Below, in pieces: positions 13,873-26,269 of a stretch of DNA of 64,000 nucleotides. The DNA comes from Chrysomallon squamiferum (Eukaryota; Animalia; Mollusca), in assembly GCA_012295275.1 (NCBI GenBank), contig CM022673.1:1488001-1552000 (forward strand), read 5' to 3'. The number at the start of each line of letters is the position of its first letter. Position 1 is the stretch's first letter. The notes below the pieces were generated by a model. It ran no database searches. It was not told the DNA's origin and saw only the letters and a list, made by a program, of their open reading frames with translations. The position numbers were made by a program, and so were the translations under genes.

Positions 13873-15416
13873 GAAGATTCAGAGAGTGAATCTGAAGAGA
13901 AAATGGGAAATGCCCAGCATCACATAGCACCTTCAGCTTCTTACAGTCCACAAGTTTGGCGTTGCATTTTGCATAAATCACAACTATGCTAAGAAGAAAC
14001 GAGAAGCGTGTGTGCCGTACGGTCTCAATTTAATTAAAGAAGATGAAGCTGTTAGACGAACAGATGGAGTGATTTTTCGAAACCGCAAGACAAAGCGATG
14101 TCCATCAGAGGAGCATTCCGACAAGGATTCTGCAATAGGTGGAGCTTCAGATCTTGCCCAGTCATTTTACAGCGAATCTGGAATTAACAGAGACTCATTT
14201 TACTCAACATGCACAGCTGAAAGTGGTTTTGAAAACATGACAGAGTCCTGGGAGGAGAACAGTAGTGTCAGTGGCAGATACCCTTTTAGGTACAGACATC
14301 CATCGAGTACACATTCAATGAATGTCAACTTCAGCCCCAAATCACTGAAAGAGAAAAATTCTAGATATATCAGTGAAAATGCTTTAGGATATTCCAGCGA
14401 CAGTTTGCACAGCTTCGATGTCTTGGAAAAAAGTAGTCTTCTGTTGACACCTCCGTCAGATGAAGAAAAATCCCCAGCCCCTGTAGAAACAAAAACTAGT
14501 GATTATGTTTATCAAGAAAAAAGAAACAGTTTCTCAGCAGAGCCATCAGAAAGAAGTCAGTCTGACTTTGACCAGCTGATTGAAGGATGTGAATCTTTAA
14601 AAAGTTTCAGTTGTGGGACTAACAGTGTAGGTGACTGGAGTTGTGATGATGAGGGTGAAGGCTTGTCTCCCTTGCCTCGCCCTTCACTCACAGAATATCA
14701 GTTCAAGCAGTCGGTGCTGCAGAGACTTCACGAGTGGTCAAGTTTTTCATCTGAGAACTACACTTCACGTTCTCCGACACCAGATCGTCTTTCCTGCAAG
14801 AGAGTTCGCAGAAGTCGCAGTCTGGACAGAAATATATTTGACTGCTCTTCCTCGCTGGATAATGAAATATTCGAAAATGCAGCAATAGACTTCGAGGACA
14901 AAACAACCAAAAATTTAGAGCACATAGAAGACGAACTTCACGACATTCAAGATGAGTTCAGTGTGATTACCACAAAGCTCTCTGACCTGATTCATCAAGG
15001 AAGCATGTCTTCTGAAAAGTCCGAGTCTGAGACGAGGACGCTCACAGAAGATGTGATGCTTTCACCAAAGACAGTTTCAGTGTTGCAGAGAGCCTGGTCT
15101 CGGTGGGAAAGATCTCCCAGTGTTTCTTTAGACTCAAACCACTGCTCTCGAGAGGGGAGCGTCGACTTAGCCTGGGACATGTGTGAGCTGGCTGACAGTC
15201 AGATGCCCAGAAGACTGAGATCATCGAGGACACACAGGTTAAAGCGAGAGGACTCTAGATTGTCTAATTCAGGGATAAATAGCAATAACAACAGCAACGC
15301 TGATGATGAGGTGAATGATGATGTGTCTATAGCTGCTGATGTCTGTGCAGATTCTAGTCTTCCCAGTGATAACTTGCAAACTGATTCAGTAGAAGAGCAA
15401 CCACATGAAAGTAAAG
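13873..15416 (+). CDS. Large exon encoding the Ser/acidic, probably disordered N-terminal region of the OTULIN-family protein (5' boundary/frame uncertain)
   Basis: One frame is open from 13928 to 15439 (ORF track 14012..15439). Donor AAG|gtgaaa at 15416/15417 (phase 1) joins in frame to the OTU exon at 16677. The strongest acceptor is at 13872; weaker AGs lie at 13936 and 13946. Contains a predicted coiled coil (KNLEHIEDELHDIQDEFSVITTKLSDLI). Confidence 0.8.
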
Positions 15417-16676
15417 GTGAAAATGTTTTTTTTTTCTAGTAAATCACAAACATTTAGCTATCTGTCATCACATCTATAACTCAAGTGTAATGTATCATAG
15501 CCTGAGATATTTTTTTCTAAGGAAACGTGAATATAAAAATCACTAGCTCAAAAAAAAGTAACCTTTTCTCATTATTTGTATGGTTTTTATCTGTGTGAAT
15601 GATGCCATATTAAAATAGCTTAAAAACATGTCTAAATAACAAAACAAAAAAAACAGTGTTCAGAATAGATATCTACCATTTCCTGGCAGAGATATTGATC
15701 CAGCTTTGGTTTTGTATAGTTTCTAATGATGATATGGTTATCTGCTTGACCATTCTAATTGCAACTGTTTGGCATTGCATAAATGAATAAATTTAAGCAC
15801 AAGTTATCATACTGTAAAATATTTTTTTTCTCTGTTAAAGACAAAAATTATATATAAATATATATTTCTAACTTAAAGTGTGTCATTTGTCAATTTAAGT
15901 AATAAAGATAAAAATTTTAAAGTTTGTTTTTGGCAATTTAACAATAGTCCACCATGTAAGCATGCATTTTCCTGTTGGCAGCACATTACATTTATAAGTT
16001 TTTGTAAGTTTTTCAAAACTGTTAACTTAATGTTTGAGGAATATGGAATGAAACAGTTTTTATAACATATCTATAATTATATAACTTTGATTTTCTTAGA
16101 ATGTGTATTAAATCCTTTTTGGCTTCACTGACAAATGCTATTGATTTAAAAAAAAAATTAATTTGAATTGTTATGACACATGTACCAAATGACAGTTGTT
16201 ACAAATCCAGTGTGACAGCAATTAATGTAATTTATAATAAAACTGGCTGTAACATGTTTTACATTAATTAGATATTAATTATTATTTTATCACGTTTATT
16301 AAGATGACAGATGTATGACATACATATATAACAAAAAATATGCAATAGTTAATTTTCAAAAAATGAATGGAAAAAAAGAGGCATATTAATTTGTTACTTA
16401 TTATTATATGATTTCATACAATTTATGTTAACAAATGTTATTAAGAAAGTAAACAAGATAATGATAATGATGATAATAATAACAAAAGGAAGATGAAGAA
16501 AAAGAAGAAATAATGATAAAGATGATAATAATAACAAAAGGAAGATGAGGAAAAAGAAGAATCTTTATAATGTATTAATTATTAATAACTGTTATCTTTT
16601 AACTTTTGTTGCTGTTCACAAAGTTTATAGTGACTTTGCACTAAAGACAAATAAAGAATTGCTGTTGTTATTTCAG

Positions 16677-19001
16677 GACTGTCCAGTGTTAAGTTAACAA
16701 ATATAAGAGATGTAGTGGACATCAAGTCATATGCTGAGAACGAATGGAAGGGGAAAACAGCAGTAGCAGAAACAATAAAACAGGTTTGTCAAGCTTGTCA
16801 TTTATTCACTTTTCTTTTTCTTTACATATATTCTTGATGTTTGCATATATATGTGTTTGTATTTATGTAAACATGTATATGTTGGTGTGTTGGGCCATCC
16901 CATAATGATTCATTTTTTATTATTATATTTTTTTTTGGTTTACAGATAAACACATTGATGTATGTATACCCTCACATACACATATACACACACGATGTGT
17001 TAGTCTATCGTTTGCTATTTTTGTATTATTTTAAAAGAATTTATCCAATATTATTTGTATTTTCTGTTACTGTTAGCTTAATTCATTTTATCACAGCAAT
17101 TCAAGCAGCTTGCCAATAACATTTATTCAATACACTGTTTTCCATTAGTTTAGCATTAATTTGATGTTGTTTATTGAATTCATGTGTTTTTAAGTGGCTT
17201 AAACCAGACACTGTTTTTATGATACAAAACAAAAAAATGTTTTCTGTAAAAACAGCACCATATGTTATACAACGAACAAATAACAGCGCAAATCAATAGA
17301 AAATTAACATTCTTTTCTGCAGGGCTATGCAGAAATTGCCAAGCTATTTAATTGCTGTTCTCTGAGACAAACCAGGGGAGACAACTACTGTGCAGTGAGA
17401 AGCTGCTTGTTCCAAGTGTTGACCTCTGGAATCAATGTGACCCACAGATGGTGTGGAATTGTTGACCTTGTGAATCATCTGGAAAAACTCTACAAAGACT
17501 CAGCCTCTGGTCTTGCCAAGTGGAATTTTGCAAACCGTCTTCCCTGCTCTGCTGATGGAGATACGCTGTCTGTGATATGCAAATGTGTCTTTAACCTGTA
17601 CTCTGCAGTAAGTGCCATACAGCAGTTTTTCATTTTGTACCAATGTTAAAAACAAAAAGATAAATAAATAGCCATGTTATTGATGTATGCAGAAAAAAAA
17701 AGTCCATTCTGTTTTTACATTTAATATTTTCAAATAAGTTTGGTACAAGTAAAAAAAAAAAAAAAATAATAATAACAAAAATAAAAATAATAATAATAAA
17801 ATATAATATAATAAAATTTTAAAAAAAAATAATAAAAAAGTGAAATAAAATAAAACAGCTTTGTTCACATTTTGTTCCTCCAGGCAAGTGCTTTATCATA
17901 CCCTGTAACTATAATTTTCTTACAGTTGTATTTTCTGCATTTATCTTAACCATTAGTTGAATTAGTGGATTGTTTGGGATTTATTATTAACAATGACTGA
18001 CATGAATATTACTTTTGATTATTAAACTTAATGTCACTGAAAATTTTATTCCAAATTAAACATTTTTTATTTCTTTTCAATTTCTCAAGGTCGAGAAGGT
18101 AGGCAGACTTTCAACGCAGGAAGAAAGAGAAAAGTTGGCTGTCAGCCTGTTCAACTCTGACCCAAATACTGACCTTGAACTTGTGGAAGGGGTCAAAATC
18201 ATGATGTTAGTTCAAGCCTATGAGCTGTACCAGGCCAACTGTGCTGGACAGGATGTTCCAGTCTTTGTCTGGCTCCTGTTTGCTAGAGACACATCTGAAA
18301 CTGTTGATAAATTTGTGACCAATCACCTGAACAGTATAGGTGATTCAGGAGGTCTAGAACAGGTGAGAAATACTAGAAATCAGAGAATATCAGAGTAGCA
18401 GGTGAGAAATAAAGCTCTAAATTAGAGAAAAGTTAAAATAACAGGGGAATCTGAGCATACCAGTTTAACTGCTTGTGTTACATATTTGGTGCATTGGTTT
18501 TAATTTTCTTTCTCCGTCATTAATTTTACGACTGAGTATTAAATAATGATAACTGAATTTCTAAACTGTTATACACTAATTCTTATAAAGTAAACAAAAA
18601 AATATATTTTCAGAAATATTCATTTAATTAATTGTCATTTTTTATTTTTTTATTATTTTCAAGTCAGAAATGAAGTTTCCAAAGCTGTTACTCAAATAAA
18701 CAGATGTATTTAATAGGTTTTCTCATTTAAAATGTAAATTTGAAGACTGCTAGTAATTATCTTTTCAAATAAACAAAAACATTTAATAGATTTTTAAAAT
18801 TCTGTTATTATTTTGTTTTTTTTGTAGGTTGAAATGTGTCTGCTGGGCCACACACTTGGAACCAAGATACGAGTTGCTAGGCTACAAAACCATGGCCAGG
18901 AAGATTTCATCTGCCAATTTCCAGATGATGCTGACCCTTCATGGCCTCATATCAATCTGCTGGCAGAAGATGATCGCCATTACAACATACCCGTCCCATA
19001 A
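16677..19001 (+). CDS. OTULIN: OTULIN (FAM105)-family OTU deubiquitinase catalytic domain, 4 exons
   Basis: Exons 16677-16783, 17323-17607, 18090-18362 and 18828-19001 (TAA), all GT-AG and phase-consistent. Motifs SYAENEWKG, RGDNYCAVRSCLFQ (Cys 17389-17391), VPVFVWLLFARDTS, GGLEQVEMCLLG and LLAEDDRHYNIPV (His 18978-18980, Asn 18984-18986) match OTULIN (human C129/H339/N341). Confidence 0.93.
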
Positions 19002-22000
19002 ATGTTAAATTTTTTAAAAACTTCAGTGATTAGAGAGTGCTACTCATAGAGTCGTCGATGCAGATGTCGCTAGAAATCCACAGCCACTTGGTTTCTAGTA
19101 GTTTAAAACTGTGATATGCACTTCACTGACTTGCTCTGTGACACACTGTGTAAATCAGGGACCATTAGATTTTAATGTTTCCAAGACCAAGTGCTTTTTG
19201 CTTGAGAATATCCAACATTTCACAGTGATTTCCAGATTACTTTAACCATCTAATCACTGTAACCTTTTTAAGATAAAAAAAAAAAATTAAATAAATAATA
19301 ATAAAAAAAACATTTTGATGCAAAAAAAAACAACAAAAAAAATCAAATCAAAAAAAAATCATGACCTCTTAATTAACTCCAAACAGATTGCATGATCGTG
19401 TTCCAAAATAGATCTCATTGATTTTTCTTCTTTTTTTTTCTTTTCTTTTAGGTCGTTAAAAAATATGGGGCCTTTCTTTATATGCAACTTAAATGGATTT
19501 TTATAACCCGCTCTTGATTTAAAATCTAAGTTCAAACTGTAATGGCTTTTTTAAAAAATATGTTAACCAAATGCATATTTTCTAATGCATGACCAGTACC
19601 TAATGGTTCCTTGTACAAACATTTGTGTTCACTAGTCAGTGCAGGAAGGAGGGAAATCTTGTGATAAAGGTTCATTTCCCTCGCCTGATTGCAGTGTGTA
19701 TTAGATTCTGACAGCCGAGCAAGTCGCAGGCTGTCAGCTGCAGAAACATTGTATGCATGGATTAGGTTTGTTATCACCTAGTGTTGTTGATTTATTTTGG
19801 TTTTATTACTATTAATTTTTAAACCAGTGTCTTCATTGTTTCTCAGGAATTGTCTAAATCAACCTTGTAAACACTACTAGAACACATACAGTACAACTCT
19901 GCATTGGAGTGAAAAGGGTAATCTTATATATCAGATATAATTCCATTCTAACATATAAAATAAAAAATAAAAGAAATGCCTAATAATCCCTTTCTAATGT
20001 AATTTAAGAACTGTTAGTGTATCATACACAAATAACAGTTACATGGAAGCTTAAGTATAAACAGGAAACATAACACAGAAATAAATCTGTAAAATATAAT
20101 CAGAATTTATGGTAACAGAAAAACAAATTTCACCCAGATGATGATTTTTAATTAGTATTTAAAAATGTAACTGCAAGAGGAAAACTAAACCAGCAGCAAG
20201 TCCAAGTTATTACTAACAGTTTATTGTATACTGTTGATAGTAGAATTTTACGTAAAGCACATTTTACCTACATAAATTATTTAACTGCTGTTTATTATAT
20301 GTTTGTAGTTTTTGTAATACAGTCTGTTTATCAAAATGGTACTATGCTCAGCTGATACAGAAATCAATTAATTTTTTATGTTTAATTTACTGAAAGTGAA
20401 ACAAAACTTTTTTCAACGCTGAACCCGAGTATTCAATTAGCTTAATCATTTCATGATTTTTAAATAATAACAATTATATTTGTTTTTAGGGATTAGAATT
20501 TTTTTTTCAATAGTGGCATTAGCTTCTCTATGGCTTACATATTCATTTACACATGGTAATGACATGATTTACTGAAACCAATAAATATATATTTATACAC
20601 AAATTTTATTTAATAATACCCCCCTCCAAAAAACTATACAGAATTTATAGGTATGTCATGATGCATCAAAAAATTCTCGTAGGGGTATTATAAGTTTTAT
20701 ATATATTTTAAAAAATTGAAGTTTTTATTTTACAGTTAACATTTCAGTTTTAATGCTTATACTTATTATTTTTAAATTTATTTTTAAGATTTTAAAGTCT
20801 GTTTTCTGAATTGATGTATATACATATAAAAAAGGTATATTCTTTGAATTGATATCTTCATGAAAACAAAACATTAAGTTCAACTGTGAAGACTTTACAC
20901 TGTGTTTATTCATTTCTGCTAAACTTTCCAACATTCATTATATAATTCAAATTATGAAATTATAAAAGAAAATAGATTTAATTATGAAGTTGTAAAAAAA
21001 AAAAGGTGTAAATATTTTTTAGTAATCTATTTATATATTTATAAAAAATCTTCCACTGTAAATAGTATCCTTAAGACATCCAAATGCAAGATTTTGTAGT
21101 AATCTATTTTAAGAAATTAGTTTTGTTTCCAGATTTTATTTAGATATTGGTTTCAGTGTTTGGTAGGTTTTAGTTCTTCATTGATTATTCATTTTGAGGA
21201 ATTGAACAGTTTGGTATAAACAATAAAGAAGCTCTTACTCATTTCGTGTATGTCAGTTTTCGTCTGGTTTCGACCAAGTTCCACTGTTAACAAGGATTAA
21301 AAAATATTTGTTGTATGAGCTGGGAACTTTGGACATTTTCGTTTGTAAGAGCACACTGTTGCTGTAGGGTCTGCTCACACTTGTTACATCACTATGTCTG
21401 TAAACAGTAACTATTTTTATCTGTTTTTATCTCAAACTGAACAGCCATTGTTATTCAGTACCCAAATCATATATATGCATTCTTTGAATATTGAATAACA
21501 AAGGCTATTCAGATTCAGATGTAAATAAAGCATATAAAGTTGAAATCAAAATGTTCAACATTAATTATTTGTCTGTAAAAATGATTTACTAATACAGAAT
21601 AAATTGGGGTAAGATTTAATGTTAAAATTTTAAATAAATATTTTTTAATAGTGTTATATAACATTCAGAACATTTTGTTGTTGTTATGATTTTTATTAAA
21701 TTTGTTTTATCTGCACTTTGTTTTTGAATTTGTTTGTATATTATTTATACTTAATATGTAATGACATTTATTTTTATTTTGGTGTATCTATCATGATTAT
21801 TTTAAACATTTACTGTTTCTCTAGTCTTGAAGATCTCTTAAATAATAATAACTGCCTTCATTTCATATTTCAGTGACAAATATTCTGATAACTGTTTTTT
21901 TTAAAATGAGGTTTATTATTTTCAATTATTTTATGTAATCCTTCAGTTTAGAATTTAAATTAAGATAGTTATTTGTACTCTTGTTTACAGAATATACAAA

Positions 22001-22104
22001 GTTATGAAATAATTTAAACATACATCAACAGTGATATTCAACACTTTAATTTACATGAGGACTTTTTAAGAAATTTTACTTGTTTTAAATATTCATAATT
22101 TACT

Positions 22105-22358
22105 GAGTGATAGATTGTGTTATACAAGGTTGTTTATAGGTGAATTTCTGAGTGTTATTTATATCTTATATCTCTGGACATGGGAAATAAATGAAAATTA
22201 ACCAAACATGATTTTTGTTTTGTTTTTGTACAATTTAGAGAGTGATAGATTCACTGCTATAAAAGTTTGTTTATAAATGAATTTCCAAGTGTGATTCACA
22301 TCTTATGTCTTTAGACAAGGGAAATAAATGAAAATTAACCAAACATTATTTTTGTTTT
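22105..22358 (+). repeat. Diverged direct duplication (~135-bp period), each copy carrying AATAAA
   Basis: gagtgatagatt...gggaaataaatgaaaattaaccaaacat(g/t)atttttgtttt at 22105-22220 and 22240-22358; AATAAA at 22186 and 22323, each followed by a T/GT-rich tract. Confidence 0.8.
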
Positions 22359-22738
22359 AATATTTTGTTTTCCTCCTGAAAAATAAACATTTTTAGAAAA
22401 TATAAGAGAGATCCATTTAAATGAGATAAAAAGAAATAAAAAGAATTTTCTTTATGTGATGTGTATTGAGCTGTATAAAACACAATATTTATTAATTTAT
22501 TAATTAATTTAAATTACGATGACAATCAATGTATTTCCAAGAAAATGATTAATGAAATCTAGTGAACAATGACATTAACTTGAAAATAATTTTAAGTCCT
22601 GATGAAATATAATAAATTTTTATAAAACAGACACACAATATTTTAAAAAATCCTTTTATGATGCAAAATTAAAAACACACCATAATCCAATATCCAAATT
22701 TCAAGTATTGTATAATATTTTTTTTTATTATTATTATT

Positions 22739-22770
<32 letters not shown>

Positions 22771-22997
22771 AAACTAATAATTGAATATAAAAGATGACCT
22801 GGCATGATGTACAGACTGCTTAAATGTGTCCAGTACACTCACAGTTATGTTTTATTATGTTCTTCTATTTGTTTCTCCTTGCTCCAAATAATGAGCATTC
22901 TGGTGCAGTTTTCTGATACCACCAGAATAAAACAGTCCTTTTAAGTTACAACCTCAAGCATTCAAACACAAGATGCACAATACAAAATTTCCATTTG

Positions 22998-23929
22998 TCA
23001 GGAAATAGACTGACTAGATGATTCTGAATTCTGAAAAAAACATAAAAAACCGATATTATGTTTAATTTTTCAACGTATGATTAAGATAATTATAAAGTGA
23101 TTACAAGATTAAGTGAACAGGAAGGTTAATGCTATATATTATATATATGCCCTTTTATTTCTAATCATGTGATGTACAAGATTTTTTAAAATCTGCCCTC
23201 AAAGTAAATAGCCTATTAATTTTCCGTGTACACATTTTGGAAAATTGTAGTATAATTATATGAAGAAGTAAAATCTGATATTTCAGTTTTAGTAAATATG
23301 TTGGTGAAGTTTAGTTTCATTGCATCAACACAGACAACAGGTATGAGAAAATGTGACAGAACTGTAAGCTAACGTCACTGTCGTAACTTTCTATTCTGCT
23401 CACTTGTAATTAGGTTGTTTTTCAAGTTTTCCCTATTAATATGAGTCTTAACAAACCAACCTTTATAGCTGCTGACTCTCTTCTCAGTTCTTTAATAACA
23501 AGGGCAAGAGCTTCGGGATTAACTCCCCCTTCACATAATCTAACACAAGTCATAAGAGTTTCTGCATCAAGTCCCGTATTTAACAGTTTAGACATTTCCA
23601 TCAAAACTGAAATAGTAATTATAAAAGGTTTTAATTTTTTTTTTTTTTTTTTTTTTTTTTTAAGTAGGCCTTTTTACTGTTTTTCTATTACTTGTATATT
23701 ACTATTACTAGTATTTCTATTAACTTTAAGTATTAATTAAAATGGAACACAACATTTCTAAACGCAGTTTAACACCTTTGTTATCATTCTAACTATGCAA
23801 TAGATTTAAATAAAGAAATTGTATGTAGCTGAATTAATAATAACAAAAATACTTACTATCCATAGTTTCCCTTGCAGGAGAAACATTTTGTTTGCCTGTC
23901 ATACCAACAATTTGTTTAGAGTCCGCCAT
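22998..23929 (-). CDS. MZT1: Mitotic-spindle organizing protein 1 (MOZART1), 83 aa, 3 exons
   Basis: Exons 23929-23857, 23606-23461 and 23030-22998 (TGA). Protein [83 protein letters not shown] carries the MOZART1 signature [27 protein letters not shown]. Confidence 0.96.
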
Positions 23930-25083
23930 TGTTAGTCGTGAATTCCACAGTTTCTTTTGGAGCTTCTCGAAATTATAGAGAAAATTATTACACAGATTAT
24001 TTAGCTTTCTTCGCTGTCCTCTTAGTTGTCTTTTTTCCAGTGTTTGTGTTGATAAGATAACGTACATATATTTATGACTTAGTGATTATTTTGGTTTCTG
24101 AGTCTTTTCTGGAACACACGCACACACGTGAGATTTACATCGATTGAAGCGTAGCCTTGTACTCTGTTTTTTTTTTTTCTTTTCTTTTATGTTTTTATTG
24201 TTTTAATAGCTTTAAAATGTCAGATTTTTTGTTAGTGTTTTTGTCTTTATAAATATTTTAAATTTCAATCCACATTTTATATATATTCCTGTATAATTAT
24301 CGGAAACACCAAACATGATAATATCATTTTAGAGTTGCATCACCAAACATTAAAGTTTATTTTGTTACGTAATTAAGTCCTGATTACACAGAATGGTTCT
24401 TTGATCGTTTGTATATTGTATTCGGATAATACAGCTAGTAACCACTTTTAACACCTAAATTAAATTCATTAATTTTGTTAATAAAATATTTTAGTCATAA
24501 CTTTTCTTGCATTAATATTTAAAACATGAAAAACAAATAGTGGAGCTCCAATTGCATGGATATGTATAATTGTTTTGGAGTGTGGATGGATTGATGTTTG
24601 AGGGTTTGAACTGACCCAATATTATCATAAACGTTACAATAAACAAATTTAGATAGTATCTACAACAGATAATCCACTATTGCTCTACGGTGTCAGTGGT
24701 GTGTGATATTAAAATTAAAATTTTATTTTTTAGTTTAAATATTGCCGACATGTCTGTCCATACATATAAATATAGGATGTCATTTTCTAATTATAAAACA
24801 AGTGAATAGCATGTCACTAATTTTAAATGTACGCAGATAATACATAAATAATAAATATCTTTTTAATATTGATCAGAAAGTTTTGATTGTTGATTGATTT
24901 GTTTTGCTTGGCTTATATAGACGTTATTAAATCGTCTAGTACTTTATTTATTTGATTAGTAACAGTAAAGAAACCAAAGGTCATACAAATATTTAGCAAA
25001 AGTGATATTTTAATACTTTTTGTTCTTTTTTTTTTATAAATAATTATAGGAGTTGAATGTATATTTTTTTACATAAATATTAA

Positions 25084-25132
<49 letters not shown>

Positions 25133-25179
25133 GTATTTATTCTGCCTATTCGATAATAATAATTTATCTGTTTGGTATT

Positions 25180-25352
25180 TAGCGCACGAAATTGGCAGAT
25201 TAAGAGATTTGTCTTTTTCCTTATTTTCTGCTCACTACCGGAAATGTTGTTCATTGGTCTGTCAACAAAATGCGCCAGTTCAAACTACCAGTGTTTTATA
25301 TTCAGACGTGTTCGGACACATCTAATTATAATAATCGGTCCAAATGGTAAAC
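25180..25352 (+). promoter_or_regulatory. Putative BORA promoter and non-coding first exon
   Basis: Local CpG enrichment; ATTGG (reverse CCAAT) at 25191 and 25253; CCGGAAAT (ETS-like) at 25238; GCGCC followed by TTCAAA (reverse CHR) at 25279. A candidate donor ATG|gtaaac at 25346/25347 could pair with the acceptor at 26201. Confidence 0.45.
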
Positions 25353-26269
25353 ATGAAAAAAAATATATTTTTGTTTTATTTTTAGTAGTTTTTATGACAC
25401 GTACTTCAAATAAATCGTTAATCTGTTCATTGTAATTGATAACGTCATTTAATTTGAAGAAAAGTGAAAATAATTTCACAATTTTCAGCGATTACCTCGA
25501 ATGAAAGGCATGTTTTAGTTTTCGGTCGTTCGATGTTGTATATTTTAAATACGTACGTACATGTATTGTTAATGTATTTAAACTAAAACTTGTAAATGTA
25601 ATATTAACTTTTCGAAATAAATTTTACTTTATTTATTTCTCTTCTTCGTTAAATATACTTTCACTTTGTTCCAAGCACAAAGAAAAATATCACTTTAATG
25701 ACTCAAAAAACAATTTAAAAATTAAAAAAATAAAAATAAAAGAAAATATAAATATTGTATAGAAAATGCGAAATTTCGTAAAATAGTGTAGAGTCAATGA
25801 CACTATATTTTGGACAATCACAATGTATCAACATGCAATGAACAAAAACTATGGTTTAAATCCCTTGGAATAATAACCTTTTATGAATGCACTCTTTTGA
25901 ATATTCCCCCTAATAATCTGTTACTTATTAAATGCATGCTGAACTGAATATTTTTTATTTTGTTTGATAACACTTTCTGTTTAAAACTACTATGGATGTT
26001 GAGAAAACATCAAATCCAGTAGCAAACATTTAAATTTTCTGAACTAATTTTATGGTACTGTGTTCCACCTATGTTAAAAAAACAATCAGATGCTAATTTA
26101 TATACGTCACAATAAACAATTGTTGGAATGGACTGTTCTTTTTTATTTAGATTGTTTAATATTTCACAAATTATTTGAATATCTTTTATTTTTATTTTTA
26201 GGGATTAGAAAATCTAGTTAGGTACCAAGGAATGTATAATAAGTAAAAACTTTTATAAGTGTATGAAAT

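Noticed and set aside
14631-15233. Alternative-frame and antisense ORFs inside the large OTULIN exon; likewise antisense ORFs over MZT1, ACAA2 and FAM124
   Set aside because: They are short shadow ORFs of real coding sequence with no recognisable motifs.
19655-19695. SECIS-like GTGA...TGA pair in the OTULIN 3' UTR
   Set aside because: The geometry is wrong and there is no in-frame TGA in the modelled CDS.
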